Notes under the pieces: generated by a model | Databases searched by the model: none | Seen by the model: only the letters and a program-made list of their open reading frames with translations | What the model was told of the DNA's origin: nothing | NCBI GenBank assembly: GCA_048128005.1 | Contig: JBEUKZ010000062.1 | Coordinates: 186,001-250,000, forward strand | DNA: 64,000 bases | Reading direction: 5' to 3' | DNA from: Veleropilina oligotropha | Taxonomy: Eukaryota | Part shown: piece by piece, positions 44,974 through 58,487 of the stretch | Layout of the letters: every line of letters begins with the position of its first letter | Numbering within the stretch: position 1 is the first letter of the stretch | Position numbers and translations under genes: made by a program

Positions 44974-47719
44974 GGATGCCTGATATATTATCTACATTTT
45001 ATGTACCATGACTTTGTCAACATAGTACTCTATTTTAAGTTTTTACGTTAAGTATTTGCCTTTAGCTCTGTTTCTTACTTGATATATAACCTAGATTTTA
45101 TGTACCGTGACTTTGTCAACATAGTAATCTGTGTTAAGTTTTTACCTTAAGTGTTTGCGTTTAGCACTGTTGCTCAAAATGTATGTGTTATAGATCAATT
45201 AACTTAGACCATTGATGCTTCATAAGTGTATGAGCTGAATGAGGCACATATTAATCCTTCAGATTTTTCCCCCCTCACCCCTCCCCCTCATGCTCACGTT
45301 ATACGATTTATTTCTGCTATGCCTACACACTATAGCAGTTATTCTGAAAAGTTTCATTATGTCTTGAAATATTGAGGATAGAAAAAAGCAGATATCGTTA
45401 TGTAAGTATTATGTTTGTATGGCGATGGGGCATATGCTTATCTGTAAGACTTGCGCACCGCCGATAGGCACAGTAAGCTGTTGAGCTTAATGGTCACTCT
45501 GAGAAGCTGGGAATATCAAAATCAGATGGATTTTGAAAACTGGCTTCCTCATTGGTTTATTCCATGGGTATCTTGTGTTGCCAGTATATATTGCCATAAC
45601 AAGAACAGACTGAATCCAGTGTCTATAATATCACCCTCCTCAACTGGTCAAGGTTCAAGTCATTATATACCTGGACTATTGTCCGGGATACTATTTTGTC
45701 ATGATTTTGATTTTCGAGCATATAATAATAAGATTTTGTATATATTTCTGTTTCTCTGAAACTTTAAGTCTTACAATAACTATATTAGGATCAGCACTGC
45801 ATAGGTTGTACTTCTGAATTCTTACTTTACAATCTGAAAATGTGGCCCTTTTCAAAGTAAGCGGTGATGGGCGAGACGATATAATTCCGCGGAATTTATT
45901 GTTTCTTATTGTATTCTGACCACCCCCTCTCTCGATGTAACGTCTACATCCGACCAGACGGCATTGCCTACACTGCCGGTACAGTTTCGCTTCATCGGAT
46001 CACTCAATCAACCATTGATCAGGCTCCACGACACACCCCTTCGGCGCCATCGACAAAAAAAACGTGTGATAAGGAAAAGGAAAGGATCTATGCTTAATGT
46101 CCTTAAATATATTTTTAATTAACATTATCCTATGAGCTTTGAAAATGTCACAGGATACGAAGTCGAGTGTGATATTATCATAGCGAACAGGATAAACCCT
46201 GACCCTAACCCTAACACTGCTTTTCAATGCTGAACAATCACTAAGCAATGAATAACGTCATGTAAAATGCACCTTTCAGGTTATTCTAAGTGCAAAATAA
46301 CTTGCATAATTGGAAAGCTGAGGAAAAGTTTAGTGAATATGATTGAATCTCAAAGGAATATTTGAAAATACACGATTATCTCCGGTAAAAGCGATATGAC
46401 GTCCAGCAGACGACTTGCAATTTGTACGAAGACGTCGAGTTTGAGATGGGTATTTATCAAACTCTACGTGACGTCCTTTTGACCAAGCAGAGTGTGGATT
46501 TCGCGAAATGCAAATAATGATTTTTCAAAATTACTGACACCATAAGACGTTTCTGAGCCTGAATAATGGTTAGACCTTCTTTCTTACTGTACTTCTCTCA
46601 TTTGAATTGGTTAGGTTTCCGTCAGGATTTAGTTTGTTAACAAATGGTCAAATAAAAAATAACCGTAGCACGATTCAGAAAGTGGTCAGTCTGTCATTTC
46701 TGTCAACTGCGATGTCCTGTATAGCAAGTACTAGTACCAGTGGATCTGTACGTAAAATTGACAAATTATTATACTATTAATTATTTGATTTGATTAGTTA
46801 CCTTTACGCCCACAGTTTGTCATTTTTTATACGCCTGTTTATGGGACATATTTTGTTTTTCACCCACGTCAAGCGGTTGCGCGGTCGGGCGGTTCGAAGT
46901 TGTCCACTCAATACTAGTAACTGGAGTAATTTTCAAACTTGGCAAATATGTTTCTAACGATAATATAGATCATGTTCGATAGCCAGCGTCATCGGACCAC
47001 TATAACTAGAGTTATGGCCCTTGAAATATGCAAAATTGACAAAATACACAGTGTCTGCTAAAAAAGTTGATCAATTTGTTTTCCTTGTTTGTAGCGATAA
47101 TATCTAGGTCAAGTTCGACAGACAGCGTCATCGGACCCTTATAATTAGAGTTATGTCCCTTGAAATATGCAATATTGACATAGTGGACAGTGTCCGCTCA
47201 ATAAATTTGCTCTTGACTTCAATAGAACATTGAGACGGGCGTATATTGTGACCTGGCACTCTTGTTCTTATTATATTCTGACCACCCTCTCTCTCGATGT
47301 AACGACTACAGGTCGTTTCACACCAGACGCGTCCGATTTATCGCAACGATAATCGTTACGACAAATCGTTATGAGCTTTCACACCAGATGCGAATTTCGT
47401 AACGGCTACCACTACCATTCATGATACACGTATGATTTTATGTGGTTATCATTTTGTTTCATCTGTATTATTATTATGTCAGTGTTTCAGTGGCTGTATA
47501 GACTACATGCATCCCAAATTCCGTATTTTATTCGGATTGCATTTCTTCTAAGCATAATAATAATATCTTTAAATCCTGGAATGGATTTATTAGAGGATAT
47601 CATGCCGCTGTACTTGTATGATGATAACCCCTTTGGTGGTCTTCTGCGTGATGCCATTTTGTCAATCCCATGTGTGGATATGTTGGGAATTACTGGTCAT
47701 GTTCCCTGGTCTCTTTCCT

Positions 47720-47915
47720 GCCGCAGTGTTGTGATTCGTCTGTCTCGACAGACCCTAGGAATGACCTGGGTGAGCTTTGTGTACCACAGTGTTGTGATCC
47801 GTCTGTCTGGGCAGAACCTAGGAATGGCCTGGGTGAGCTTTGTGTACCACAGTATGGTGATCCGTCTGTCTCGGCAGACCCTAGGACTGACCTGGGTGAG
47901 CTTTGTGTACCACAC
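47720..47915. repeat. 63-bp tandem repeat, ~3 copies
   Basis: Same unit as 49510-50372. Confidence 0.85.
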
Positions 47916-48104
47916 CTTTTGTAGGGGTATCCCAGATTGATGTGGATCGAGGTTTAATTTCCCTCAATCGATCATATACCCCTACGACTTATTCATGATA
48001 TTTCCTAAATCCGAAATGGCAACTTCACTTGGTTGTGAATATATGTAAATTGCAACAATAAATATTTTGTAGCTGTATTTACTTTTCCTCTTTTCGTTTT
48101 GCAG

Positions 48105-48404
48105 CTCCAAGTGCCCCGTCAGCGATCGCTGCTTTGACCAATAATGGCTTAATCACACTCTCAATCACAAAGGGAACAGGCAACGTCGATGCGTATGATG
48201 TTCAGCTGCAGGAGGATAACGATGGCGGTGGTTGGAATACGATAACTTCCGATACAGTAACAGCAAATAATCCATCTGCCACAACGGATCATGAAGTCAC
48301 TACGGCGTTAACTGCGGGCAGCAGTTATCAAGTGATTGTAAAGGCGGTCTCGTTTTCTGGCGCCGTCAGCGCGCCAATAGAGAGCAGTCCGCAAGTCGAT
48401 ATCA
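48105..48404 (+). CDS. Host FN3-like exon (300 bp, phase 1-1)
   Basis: gcag| acceptor and |gtacgt donor, with LTAGSSYQVIVKAV. Confidence 0.88.
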
Positions 48405-49509
48405 GTACGTAATAATTAACAAATTATTAGACTATTAATGATTTGATTAGTTACTATTACGCCCACTGTTTGTCAATGCTTCTTATTGTATTCAGACCAC
48501 CCTCCCCATCTAACAAGAGGGCATTGTCTACAGTGCCAGTGCAGGTTCCCGCTTGATCGCCCATCAAAACATTGAACAGACTCCACGACACACCGTTCAT
48601 CCCCACCGACAAAAAAAAACGGCGTGAGAACGAAAAGGAAGGATGGATGCTTAATGTTCTTAAATATATTTTTAATTACTTTTCATAATTATTGATATCA
48701 TAAGACATTTCGGAGTTTGCATTGTGGTCAGACCTTCTTTCTTACCGTACTTCGCTCATTTGAATTGGTTAGGTCTCCGACAGGATTTAGTTTTCTAACA
48801 AATGGTCAAATTTGAAGTTACTATAGCACGATTCAGAAAGTGGTCAGTCTATCATTCCCATCTACTGCCATGCCATGTATATAAAGTACTTTCACCAGTG
48901 GCACTTTCTTGCTATAATGTACTCAAATATAATATATATTTACGATAGTGGGCGCTTACAACTAAAATTGTCATGTAGTTTGAAGTATTAAATTTAAACA
49001 TAGCTCTACATTCTGATTCCTATGTCTCAAGTCTTCGCCACAGCTAAAATGTTGTTGTAGTTTGAAGTAATACATTCAGCAATAGCTCTTCATTTTGCTT
49101 ATGTCTTCATTCATCGCTGACACAACAGTTGAAGTCTCCCATGTGTTTAGGCTGTCTGCTTTTGGCGCCTTAGAGATAAGGTACTGCTCGGATAATGTGA
49201 TATAAATGCATATTTAAATTGGCGTTCAACGATCACAGATAGCAATTAGTTAGTTCTGAGATCAAACATCTTGGAATAGGAAATCCCAAACCTCGTACTT
49301 TTGGGTTCCATTTCTTTTCATGGAAAGTACATAGCTTATCTCTTTCCCCTTCTCCGTATTGTCGAGTTATTGAGTGGTGTAGCATTAATGGTGATGTATC
49401 CCAACTCCTTAGCGACTGTGCTTCTGCGAGGTCCTCGTTTTGTTTTTACATCAAATACTATTCCCATGTTCCGTATGGTAATAATTATGCCTGGTCTTTG
49501 TTCTGCTGC

Positions 49510-50372
49510 CGTATGGTGGTACGTCTGTATCGGCTGACTCTAGGAATGACCTGGGTGAGCTTTGTGTACCACAATGTGGTGATCCGTCTGTCTCGATAGA
49601 CCCTATGATTACCTGGGTGATCGTTGTGTACCACAGTGTGGTGATCCGTCTGTCTCGGCTGACTCTAGGAATGACCTGGGTGAGCTTTGTGTACCACAGT
49701 ATGGTGATCCGCCGGTCTCGGCAGACCCTAGGAATGACCTGGCTGATCTTTGTGTACCACACTGTGGTGGTCCGTCTGTCTCGTCATACCCTAGGAATGA
49801 CCTGGGTGATCTTTGTGTACCACAGTGTGGTGATCCGTCTGTCTCGGCAGACCCTAGGAATGACCAGGATGATCTTTGTGTACCACACTGTGGTGGTCCG
49901 TCTGTCTCGTCATACCCTAGGAATGACCTGGGTGATCTTTGTGTACCACAGTGTGGTGATCCGTCTGTCTCGGCAGACCCTAGAACTGACCCAGGTGAGC
50001 TTAGTATATCACAGTATGGTTGTCCGTCTGTCTCAGCAGACCATAGAATTGACCTGGGGGGCTTTGTGTACCACACTGTGGTGATCCGTTTGTCTCTGAA
50101 GACCCTAGGAATGACCTGCATGAGCTTTGTGTACCATAGTATGGAGATCCGTCAATCTCGGCTGACCCTATTTATGATCTGGGAGAGATTTGTGTAACGC
50201 AGTGTGGTGATCCGTCTGTCTCGGCAGACCGTAGGAATGCCCTGGGTGATCTTTGTGTATCACAGTGTGGTGATCAGTCTGTCTCGGATGACCCTATGAA
50301 TGACATGGGTGATCTTTGTGTACCACAGTGTGGTGATCAGTCTGTCTCGGCAGACCCTAGGAATGACCTGGG
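49510..50372. repeat. 63-bp tandem repeat, ~13 copies
   Basis: Unit CACAGTGTGGTGATCCGTCTGTCTCGGCAGACCCTAGGAATGACCTGGGTGAGCTTTGTGTAC. Confidence 0.92.
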
Positions 50373-50432
50373 TCCATGACATATCACACTTCCGAGGACA
50401 TCGTAGCCTGCTCATTTAGTAGCATGTTACCT

Positions 50433-51626
50433 GTAAGAAAAGTAAAATGTTTCAAAACTGGACGAAACTAGTAGAATATGTATCTTGATTGTATCTTGAT
50501 TGTAACTTGATTGTAAGTTGATTGTAAGTTGATTGTATCTTGATTGTATCTTGATTGTATCTTGATTGTATCTTGATTGTAACTTGATTGCAATGCGTAT
50601 TAACCAATAAACAAAACAATTGTCGCTATGTATTAACAGTCATCATTACAGATATTCACCCCAAATGTCATATTCGGTAAAAAAATTGCCTTCCAAAATA
50701 GGGGTCGACTTCTGCTATAAACATGCCATTTAAACAAAAAATGAGCTATCAATGTCTTTGATAGTGTGATTAACCATAAAATTTCAATACCATATCACAT
50801 ATTCATAACACTTCAACAACATACCGGGGTATGTATATGTTGATCTGTAGGGATATGCATGTGTGTTGAATTGTGCTACCGCCGTAATGACAAATATGCT
50901 GGCATCAACAATGCAAATAGGCCGTCCGATGATAAATTATCTGAATTAACAACAGAGCGTGTCACTTTTACAAAGTAGAGACATACAAAAGCCATATACT
51001 ATTGCCAAAACAACAGTAATTTGTGTAAAATACTAGTAGTCTCTATCAACGAAAAGATAGGTTACCGTTAATTCCGTGTAAGAAAAGTAAAATGTTTCAA
51101 AACTGGACGAAACTAGTAGAATTTGTAACTTGATTGTAATGCGTATTAAACAAAATATAACAAAATAAATTGTCGCTATGCATTAACAGTCATCATTACA
51201 GATATTCACCCAAAATGTCATATTCAGTACAAAATTGCCTTCCAAAATAGGGGCCGGCTTCTGCCATAAACATGTCATTTAAACAAAATATGAGCTACCA
51301 ATGTCTTTGCTATGTGTGTGACTAACCATAAAATTTCAATACCATATCACATATTCATAACACTTCAACAAGATACCGGGGTATGTTTATATTGATCTGT
51401 AGGGATATGCCTGTGTGGTGAATTGTGCGGCCTCCGTAATGACAACTATGCAGGCATCAACCATGCAAATAGGCCTTCCGATGATAAATTCTCTGAATTA
51501 ACAACAGTTCGTGTCACTTTTACAAAGTAAAGAAATACAAAGGCCATCTACAGATGCCCAAAACAACATAATTTGTGTAAAATAGTCGCCATCAACGAAA
51601 AGACTGCTAATCGTTAATTCCGTATA
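50433..51626. repeat. Tandem duplication of a ~550-640-bp unit; the first copy has a 10-bp (TTGATTGTAT/A) expansion
   Basis: GTAAGAAAAGTAAAATGTTTCAAAACTGGACG starts at 50433 and at ~51078. Confidence 0.85.
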
Positions 51627-52021
51627 AGTTGTCCGCCACTAAATGATTTTCCATTGGAATCAATGTTAACCAAATTGTCCATTACGTCCATATTACTCTT
51701 CCCAATGGATGTATGTATGGTGTCATCAGCCATTCTTCTCAAGGAAAATTAAAAAGATACAAAATATACTACCGCTCAAGCCGGTGGCTTCCATCTCCAG
51801 TTTGTAAACAACAGTTAATCCAGTTAATTACTGCATGACATATCACACTTCCGGGGACATCGTAGCCTGCTCATTTAGTAGCATGCAACTTATAACACCT
51901 ACGACTTAATCACGCTATTTCCTAAATCCGAAATGGCAACTCCACTTTGTTATGAATATATGTAAATTGCAAAAATAAATATTTCGTTAATGTATTCGTT
52001 TTTCATTTTTTCGTTTTTCAG

Positions 52022-52321
52022 CTCCAAGTGCCCCGTCAGCGATCGCTGCCTTAACCAACAATGGCTTTATCACACTCTCCATTACGAAGGGAACAGGCAA
52101 GGTCAATGCGTATGATGTTCAGCTGCAGGAGGATAACGTTGGCGGTGCTTGGAATACGATAATCAATGAGACAGTAAATGCGAATAACCCATCTGCCACA
52201 ACGGTTTATGAATTCAGTACGGTGTTAACTGCAGGCAGCAGTTATCGCGTGATTGTGACGTCGGTCTCGTTTGCTGGCGCCGAAGGCGCACCAGTAGAGA
52301 GCAGTCCGCAAGTCGATATCA
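52022..52321 (+). CDS. Host FN3-like exon (300 bp, phase 1-1), near-identical to 44306-44605
   Basis: ttcag| acceptor, |gtacgt donor and an open frame. Confidence 0.88.
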
Positions 52322-52541
52322 GTACGTAATATTGACAAATTATTATACTATTAATTATTTGATTTGATTTGTTACTTTTACGCCCACATGTTATCATTTT
52401 AGTCTCGCCCGTAAGGAAAGAGACTATATATAGGTATTGCTTTTTTGTCGGCGACGGCGCCGTCAACAATTGTTAATGCTTTGCGCTTAGCTCTGTTTCT
52501 CAAAAGGTATATGTTCTAGATCAACATAACTTGGACAATAG

Positions 52542-54550
52542 ATGCTTCATGGGTACTGTTATTTACTGAATGCTTCATGGGTACTGTTATTTACTGAATG
52601 CTTCATGGGTACTGTTATTTACTGAATGCTTCATGGGTTCTGTTATTTACTGAATGCTTCATGGGTTCTGTTATTTACTGAATGCTTCATGGGTTCTGTT
52701 ATTTACTGAATGTTTCATGGGTACCGTTATTTACTGAATGCTTCATGGGTACTGTTTTTACTGAATGCTTCATGGGTTCTGTTATTTACCGAATGCTTCA
52801 TGGGTTCTGTTATTTACTGAATGCTTCATTGGTACTGTTATTTACTGAATGCTTCATGGGTTCTGTTATTTACTGAATGCTTCATGGGTACTTTTATTTA
52901 CTGAATGCTTCATGGGTACCGTTATTTACTGAATGCTTCATGGGTACTGTTATTTACTGAATGCTTCATGGGTACTGTTATTTACTGAATGCTTCATGGG
53001 TACCGTTATTTACTGAATGCTTCATGGGTACTGTTATTTACTGAATGCTTCATGGGTCCGGTATTTACTGAATGCTTCATGGGTACTGTTATTTACTGAA
53101 TGCTTCATGGGTTCTGTTATTTACTGAATGCTTCATTGGTACTGTTATTTACTGAATGCTTCATGGGTACCGTTATTTACTGAATGCTTCATGGGTACTG
53201 TTATTTACTGAATGCTTCATGGGTACCGTTATTTACTGAATGCTTCATGGGTACTGTTATTTACTGAATGCTTCATTGGTTCTGTTATTTACTGAATGCT
53301 TCATGGGTTCTGTTATTTACTGAATGCTTCATGGGTACCGTTATTTACTGAATGCTTCATGGGTACCGTTATTTACTGAATGCTTCATGGGTACTGTTAT
53401 TTACTGAATGCTTCATGGGTACCGTTATTTACTGAATGCTTCATGGGTACTGTTATTTACTGAATGCTTCATGGGGTCTGTTATTTACTGAATGCTTCAT
53501 GGGTACTGTTATTTACTGAATGCTTCATGGGTACCGTTATTCATGGGTACCGTTATTTACTGAATGCTTCATGGGTACTGTTATTTACTGAATGCTTCAT
53601 GGGTACCGTTATTTACTGAATGCTTCATGGGTACCGTTATTTACTGAATGCTTCATGGGTACTGTTATTTACTGAATGCTTCATGGGTACCGTTATTTAC
53701 TGAATGCTTCATGGGTACTGTTATTTACTGAATGCTTCATGGGTGCTGTTATTTACTGAATGCTTCATGGGTTCTGTTATGTACTGAATGCTTCATGGGT
53801 ACCGTTATTTACTGAATGCTTCATGGGTACTGTTATTTACTGAATGCTTCATGGGTTCTGTTATTTACTGAATGCTTCATGGGTTCTGTTATTTACTGAA
53901 TGCTTCATGGGTACCGTTATTTACTGAATGCTTCATGGGTACCGTTATTTACTGAATGCTTCATGGGTAATGTTATTTACTGAATGCTTCATGGGTACCG
54001 TTATTTACTGAATGCTTCATGGGTACCGTTATTTACTGAATGCTTCATGGGTTCTGTTATTTACTGAATGCTTCATGGGTACTGTTATTTACTGAATGCT
54101 TAATGGGTACCGTTATTTACTGAATGCTTCATGGATACCGTTATTTATTGAATGCTTCATGGGTACTGTTATTTACTGAATGCTTCATGGGTACCATTAT
54201 TTACTGAATGCTTCATGAGTGCTGCTATTTACTGAATGCTTCATGGGTACTGTTATTTACTGAATGCTTCATGGGTTCTGTTATTTACTGAATGCTTCAT
54301 GGGTACCGTTATTTACTGAATGCTTCATGGGTACTGCTATTTACTGAATGCTTCATGGGTACCGTTATTTACTGAATGCTTCATGGGTACTGTTATTTAC
54401 TGAATGCTTCATGGGTACCGTTATTTACTGAATGCTTCATGGGTACTGTTATTTACTGAATGCTTCATGGTTACCGTTATTTACTGAATGCTTCATGGGT
54501 ACCGTTATTTACGGAATGCTTCATGGGTACTGTTATTTACTGAATGCTTC
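52542..54550. repeat. 28-bp minisatellite, ~70 copies
   Basis: Same unit as 44827-44973. Confidence 0.96.
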
Positions 54551-57284
54551 GGATGCCTGATATATCATCTACATTTTATGTACCATGACTTTGTCAACAT
54601 AGTATTCTATTTTAAGTTTTTACGTTAAGTATTTGCCTTTAGCTCTGTTTCTTACAAAGTATAAGATCTAGATCAACATAACTTGGATCATAGATGCTTC
54701 ATGGGCACTGTTGTTTAATGAATGCTTCGGATGCTTGATATATAACCTAGATTTTATGTACCGTGACTTTGTCAACATAGTAATCTGTGTTAAGTTTTTA
54801 CCTTATGTGTTTGCGTTTAGCTCTGTTTCTCAAAATGTCTGTGATCTAGATCAATTAACTTAGACCATCGATGCTTCATAAGTGTATGAGCTGAATGAGG
54901 CACATATTAATCATTCAGATTATTCCCACGTCACCCCTCCCCCTCATGCTCACCCCCCAATTTTTTAGGAAAAAGTTATACGATTTATTTCTGCTATGCC
55001 TACACATTATAGCAGTTATTCTGAAAAGTTTCATTATGCCTTGAAATATTGAGGATGGAAAAGAAGCAGATATCGTTATGTAAGTATTATGTTTGTATGA
55101 CGAAGGGGCATATGCTTATATGTAAGACTTGCTCACCGCCGATAGGCACAGTAAGCTGTTGAGCTTAATGGTCACTCTGAGAAGCTGGGAATATCAAAAT
55201 CAGATGGATTTTGAAAACTGGCTTCCTCATTGGTTTATTCCATGGGTATCTTGTGTTGCCAGTATATATTGCCATAACAAGAACAGACTGAATCCAGTGT
55301 CTATAATATCACCCTCCTCAACTGGTCAAGGTTCAAGTCATTATATACCTGGACTATTGTCCGGGATACTATTTTGTCATGATTTTGCTGCTAAATATAT
55401 TTAATCTCGAGCATATAATAATAAGATTTTGTATATATTTCTGTTTCTCTGAAACTTTAAGTCTTACAATAACTATATTAGGATCAGCAATGCATAGGTT
55501 GTACTTCTGAATTCTTACTTTACAAACTGAAAATGTGGCCCTTTTCAAAGTAAGCGGTGATGGGCGAGACCATATAATTCCGCGGAATTTCTTGTTTCTT
55601 ATTGTATTCTGACCACCCTCTCTCTCGATGTAACGTCTACACCCGACCAGACGGCATTGCCTACACTGCCAGTACAGTTTCGCTTCATCGGATCGCCCAA
55701 TCAACCATTGATCAGGCTCCACGACACACCCCTTCAGCGCCATCGACAAAAAAACCGTGTGATAAGGAAAAGGAAAGGATCGATGCTTAATACCCTTAAA
55801 TATATTTTTAATTAACATTATCCTATGAGCTTTGAAAATGTCACAGGAGAGGAAGTCGAGGGTGATATTATCATAGCGAACAGGATAAACCCTGACCCTA
55901 ACCCTAACCCTGCTTTTCAATGCTGAACAATCATTAAGCAATGAATAACGTCATGTAAAATGCACCTTTCAGGTTATTCTAAGTGCAAAATAACTTGCAT
56001 AATTGGAAAGCTGAGGAAAAGTTTAGTGAATATGATTGAATCTCAAAGGAATATTTGAAAATACGATTATCTCCGGTAGAAGCGAAATGACGTCCAGCAG
56101 ACGACTCGCAATTTGATACGAAGACGTTGAGTTTGAGATGGGTATTTATCAAACTCCACGTGACGTCCTTTTGACCAAGCAGAGGTCGTGGATTTCGCGA
56201 AATGCAAATAATGATTTTTCAAAATTACTGACACCATAAGACGTTTCTGAGCCTGAATAATGGTTAGACCTTCTTTCTTAATGTACTTCTCTCATTTGAA
56301 TTGGTTAGGTTTCCGTCAGGATTTAGTTTGTTAACAAATGGTCAGATCAAAAATAACCGTAGCACGATTCAGATAGTGGTCAGTCTGTCATTTCTGTCTA
56401 CTGCGATGTCCTGTATAGAAAGTACTAGTACCAGTGGATCTGTACGTAATATTGACAAATTATTATACTATTAATTATTTGATTTGATGAGTTACCTTTA
56501 CGCCCACAGTTTGACATTTTTTATACGCCTGTTTACGGTACATATTTTGTTTTTCACCCACGTCAAACGGTTGCGGGGTCGGGCGGTTAGAAGTTGTCCA
56601 CTCAATACTAGTAACTGGAGTAATTTTCTAACTTGGGTAAATATGTTTCTAACGATAATATAGATCAGGTTCAGCCAGCGTCATCGGACCACTAGAACTA
56701 GAGTTATGGCCCTTGCAATATGCAAAATTGACAAAATACACAGTGTCTGCTCAAAAAGTTGATCAATTTTTTTTCCTTCTTCACTAAACTTGGTAATGAC
56801 GTTTGTCGCGATAATATTTAGGTCAAGTTCGACAGACAGCGTCATCGGACCCTTATAATTAGTGTTATGTCCCTCGAAATATGCAATATTGACATAGTGG
56901 ACAGTGTCCGCTCAATACATTTGCTCTTGACTTCAATAGAACATTGAGACGGGCGTATATTGTGACCTGGTACTCTTGTTCTTATTGTATTCTGACCACC
57001 CTCTCTCTCGATGTAACGACTACAGGTCGTTTCACACCAGACGCGTCCGATTTATCGCAACGATAATCATTACGACAAATCGTTATGAGCTTTCACACCA
57101 GATGCGAATTTCGTAACGGCTACCACTACCATTCATGATACACATTTGATTTTATGTGGTTATCATTTTGTTTCATCTGTATTTTTATTATGTCAGTGTA
57201 TCAGTGGCTGTATAGAGTACATGCATCCCAAATTCCGTATTTTATTCGGATTGCATATCTTCTAAGCATAATAATAATATCTTT

Positions 57285-58227
57285 GGGGGGGATTAAGGCG
57301 GTTTAGACTAGGGGCCCGGGGCCCCCGGGGAGGCTCCCAGCCCTATTTCCGAACTGAGGGGCTGGTAATATATACCCCCCCAGGGCATTTTAGTAGAATT
57401 CGGGGTGGGGGGGGGGCCCGGGGCCCCGGGGGGAGGCTCCCACTCCCGTCTGCTCAGGGCAGGGGTCGTTTTTTCGCTATTGCGGAGGTTTTTTTGTAAT
57501 AATCCCGGGTGGTCCGAAATTCAGGCGCTGCTGTCAGCGCTGTCCGAAACCAGGGTAGCTTAGAATAGTATATTTGGGCAACGGCGGCTCCCCACACCGG
57601 TCTTATGGGCCTGTGTTTTATCTGTATCGAAACCCGGGCTTTTTTGCTGACTCAACACAACATTGTCGTTGTCGAGAATCTTTATTGCTGACTCATCGTG
57701 ACATATACCATGAGTCGACACGAAAACGGTCACCGTGTTTACGTCGAGAGGTTTGGTGACCCAGTAAAAAAACTTTCTTGACCAAATCTTTTTTTCTGGA
57801 GCAAATCTTTTTTTATCTGGGTCAACCTCCGCGAGATACGCATCGCGACAGCATACAATTTCTGTGTTAAGATTCGATGAAAGAAATTTTCAATGCGATT
57901 GCTGAAACGGCTTTGTCAGAAATACAAAGAAGCTATGGCTTGTGTTAGGAGCGAGGGTAAACAATACCCATTGATACAAGCGGGCGACGTATTTGTACAG
58001 TACACGGATATAGCGTGTCCTGATTTTAACGATTGTAGTCATTCATAAAGTGGGCTATGAATAGACGAGAGAGAAACCGGAAAATATGTTTTAAGGCGGG
58101 GGATCCCCGAGATTGCAGCAGTTTAGATAAATTCTAATTCCCGCTAGCTAGTGTGCAATTGCATGGCGAGAGATGTCCGATTTGACTCCACGCACCCATG
58201 CAGCCGGTGGATAACATTGAGAAGTAT
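57285..58227. mobile_element. Terminus of another element related to the Polinton-like virus (G7 end)
   Basis: Begins GGGGGGG...ACTAGGGG...CCGGGGAGGCTCCCAG. 57535-57575 (CAGCGCTGTCCGAAACCAGGGTAGCTTAGAATA) matches the reverse complement of 22818-22850. Absent from the paralogous site at 47570. Right extent uncertain. Confidence 0.7.
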
Positions 58228-58449
58228 TATTAGGGCTCCAAAAATTTTTTTTGGAGACCCATTGTTTTTGTTGTGATTTTTATTATTAGGGCTCCAAATT
58301 TTTTTTTTTGGAGACCTATTGTTTTTATTGTGATTTTTATTATTATTAGGGCTCCAAGCATTGCTTGGAGACCTATTGTTTTTATCCTGATTTTTATTAG
58401 GGCTTCAAGCACTTCAGGCTTGAAGACCTATTGGTTTTATTCCGTTCTC

Positions 58450-58487
<38 letters not shown>

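Larger units (their letters stand above)
51920..57284 (+). repeat. Segmental tandem duplicate of ~44203-47570 (exon plus intron)
   Basis: Colinear near-identity, e.g. the ORF-track peptides at 45451/55129 and 45909/55602. Similarity stops abruptly at 57284. Confidence 0.92.

Noticed and set aside
46195..46216. Telomere-like CCCTAA repeats (also at ~55890)
   Set aside because: Only 2-3 imperfect units inside duplicated intron sequence; not a telomere or a meaningful interstitial array.
45451..46248. ORFs repeated at 55129-55941 (and 60924/63604) suggesting conserved genes
   Set aside because: The identity reflects recent DNA duplication of intronic or repeat sequence. There are no domain motifs or splice support.
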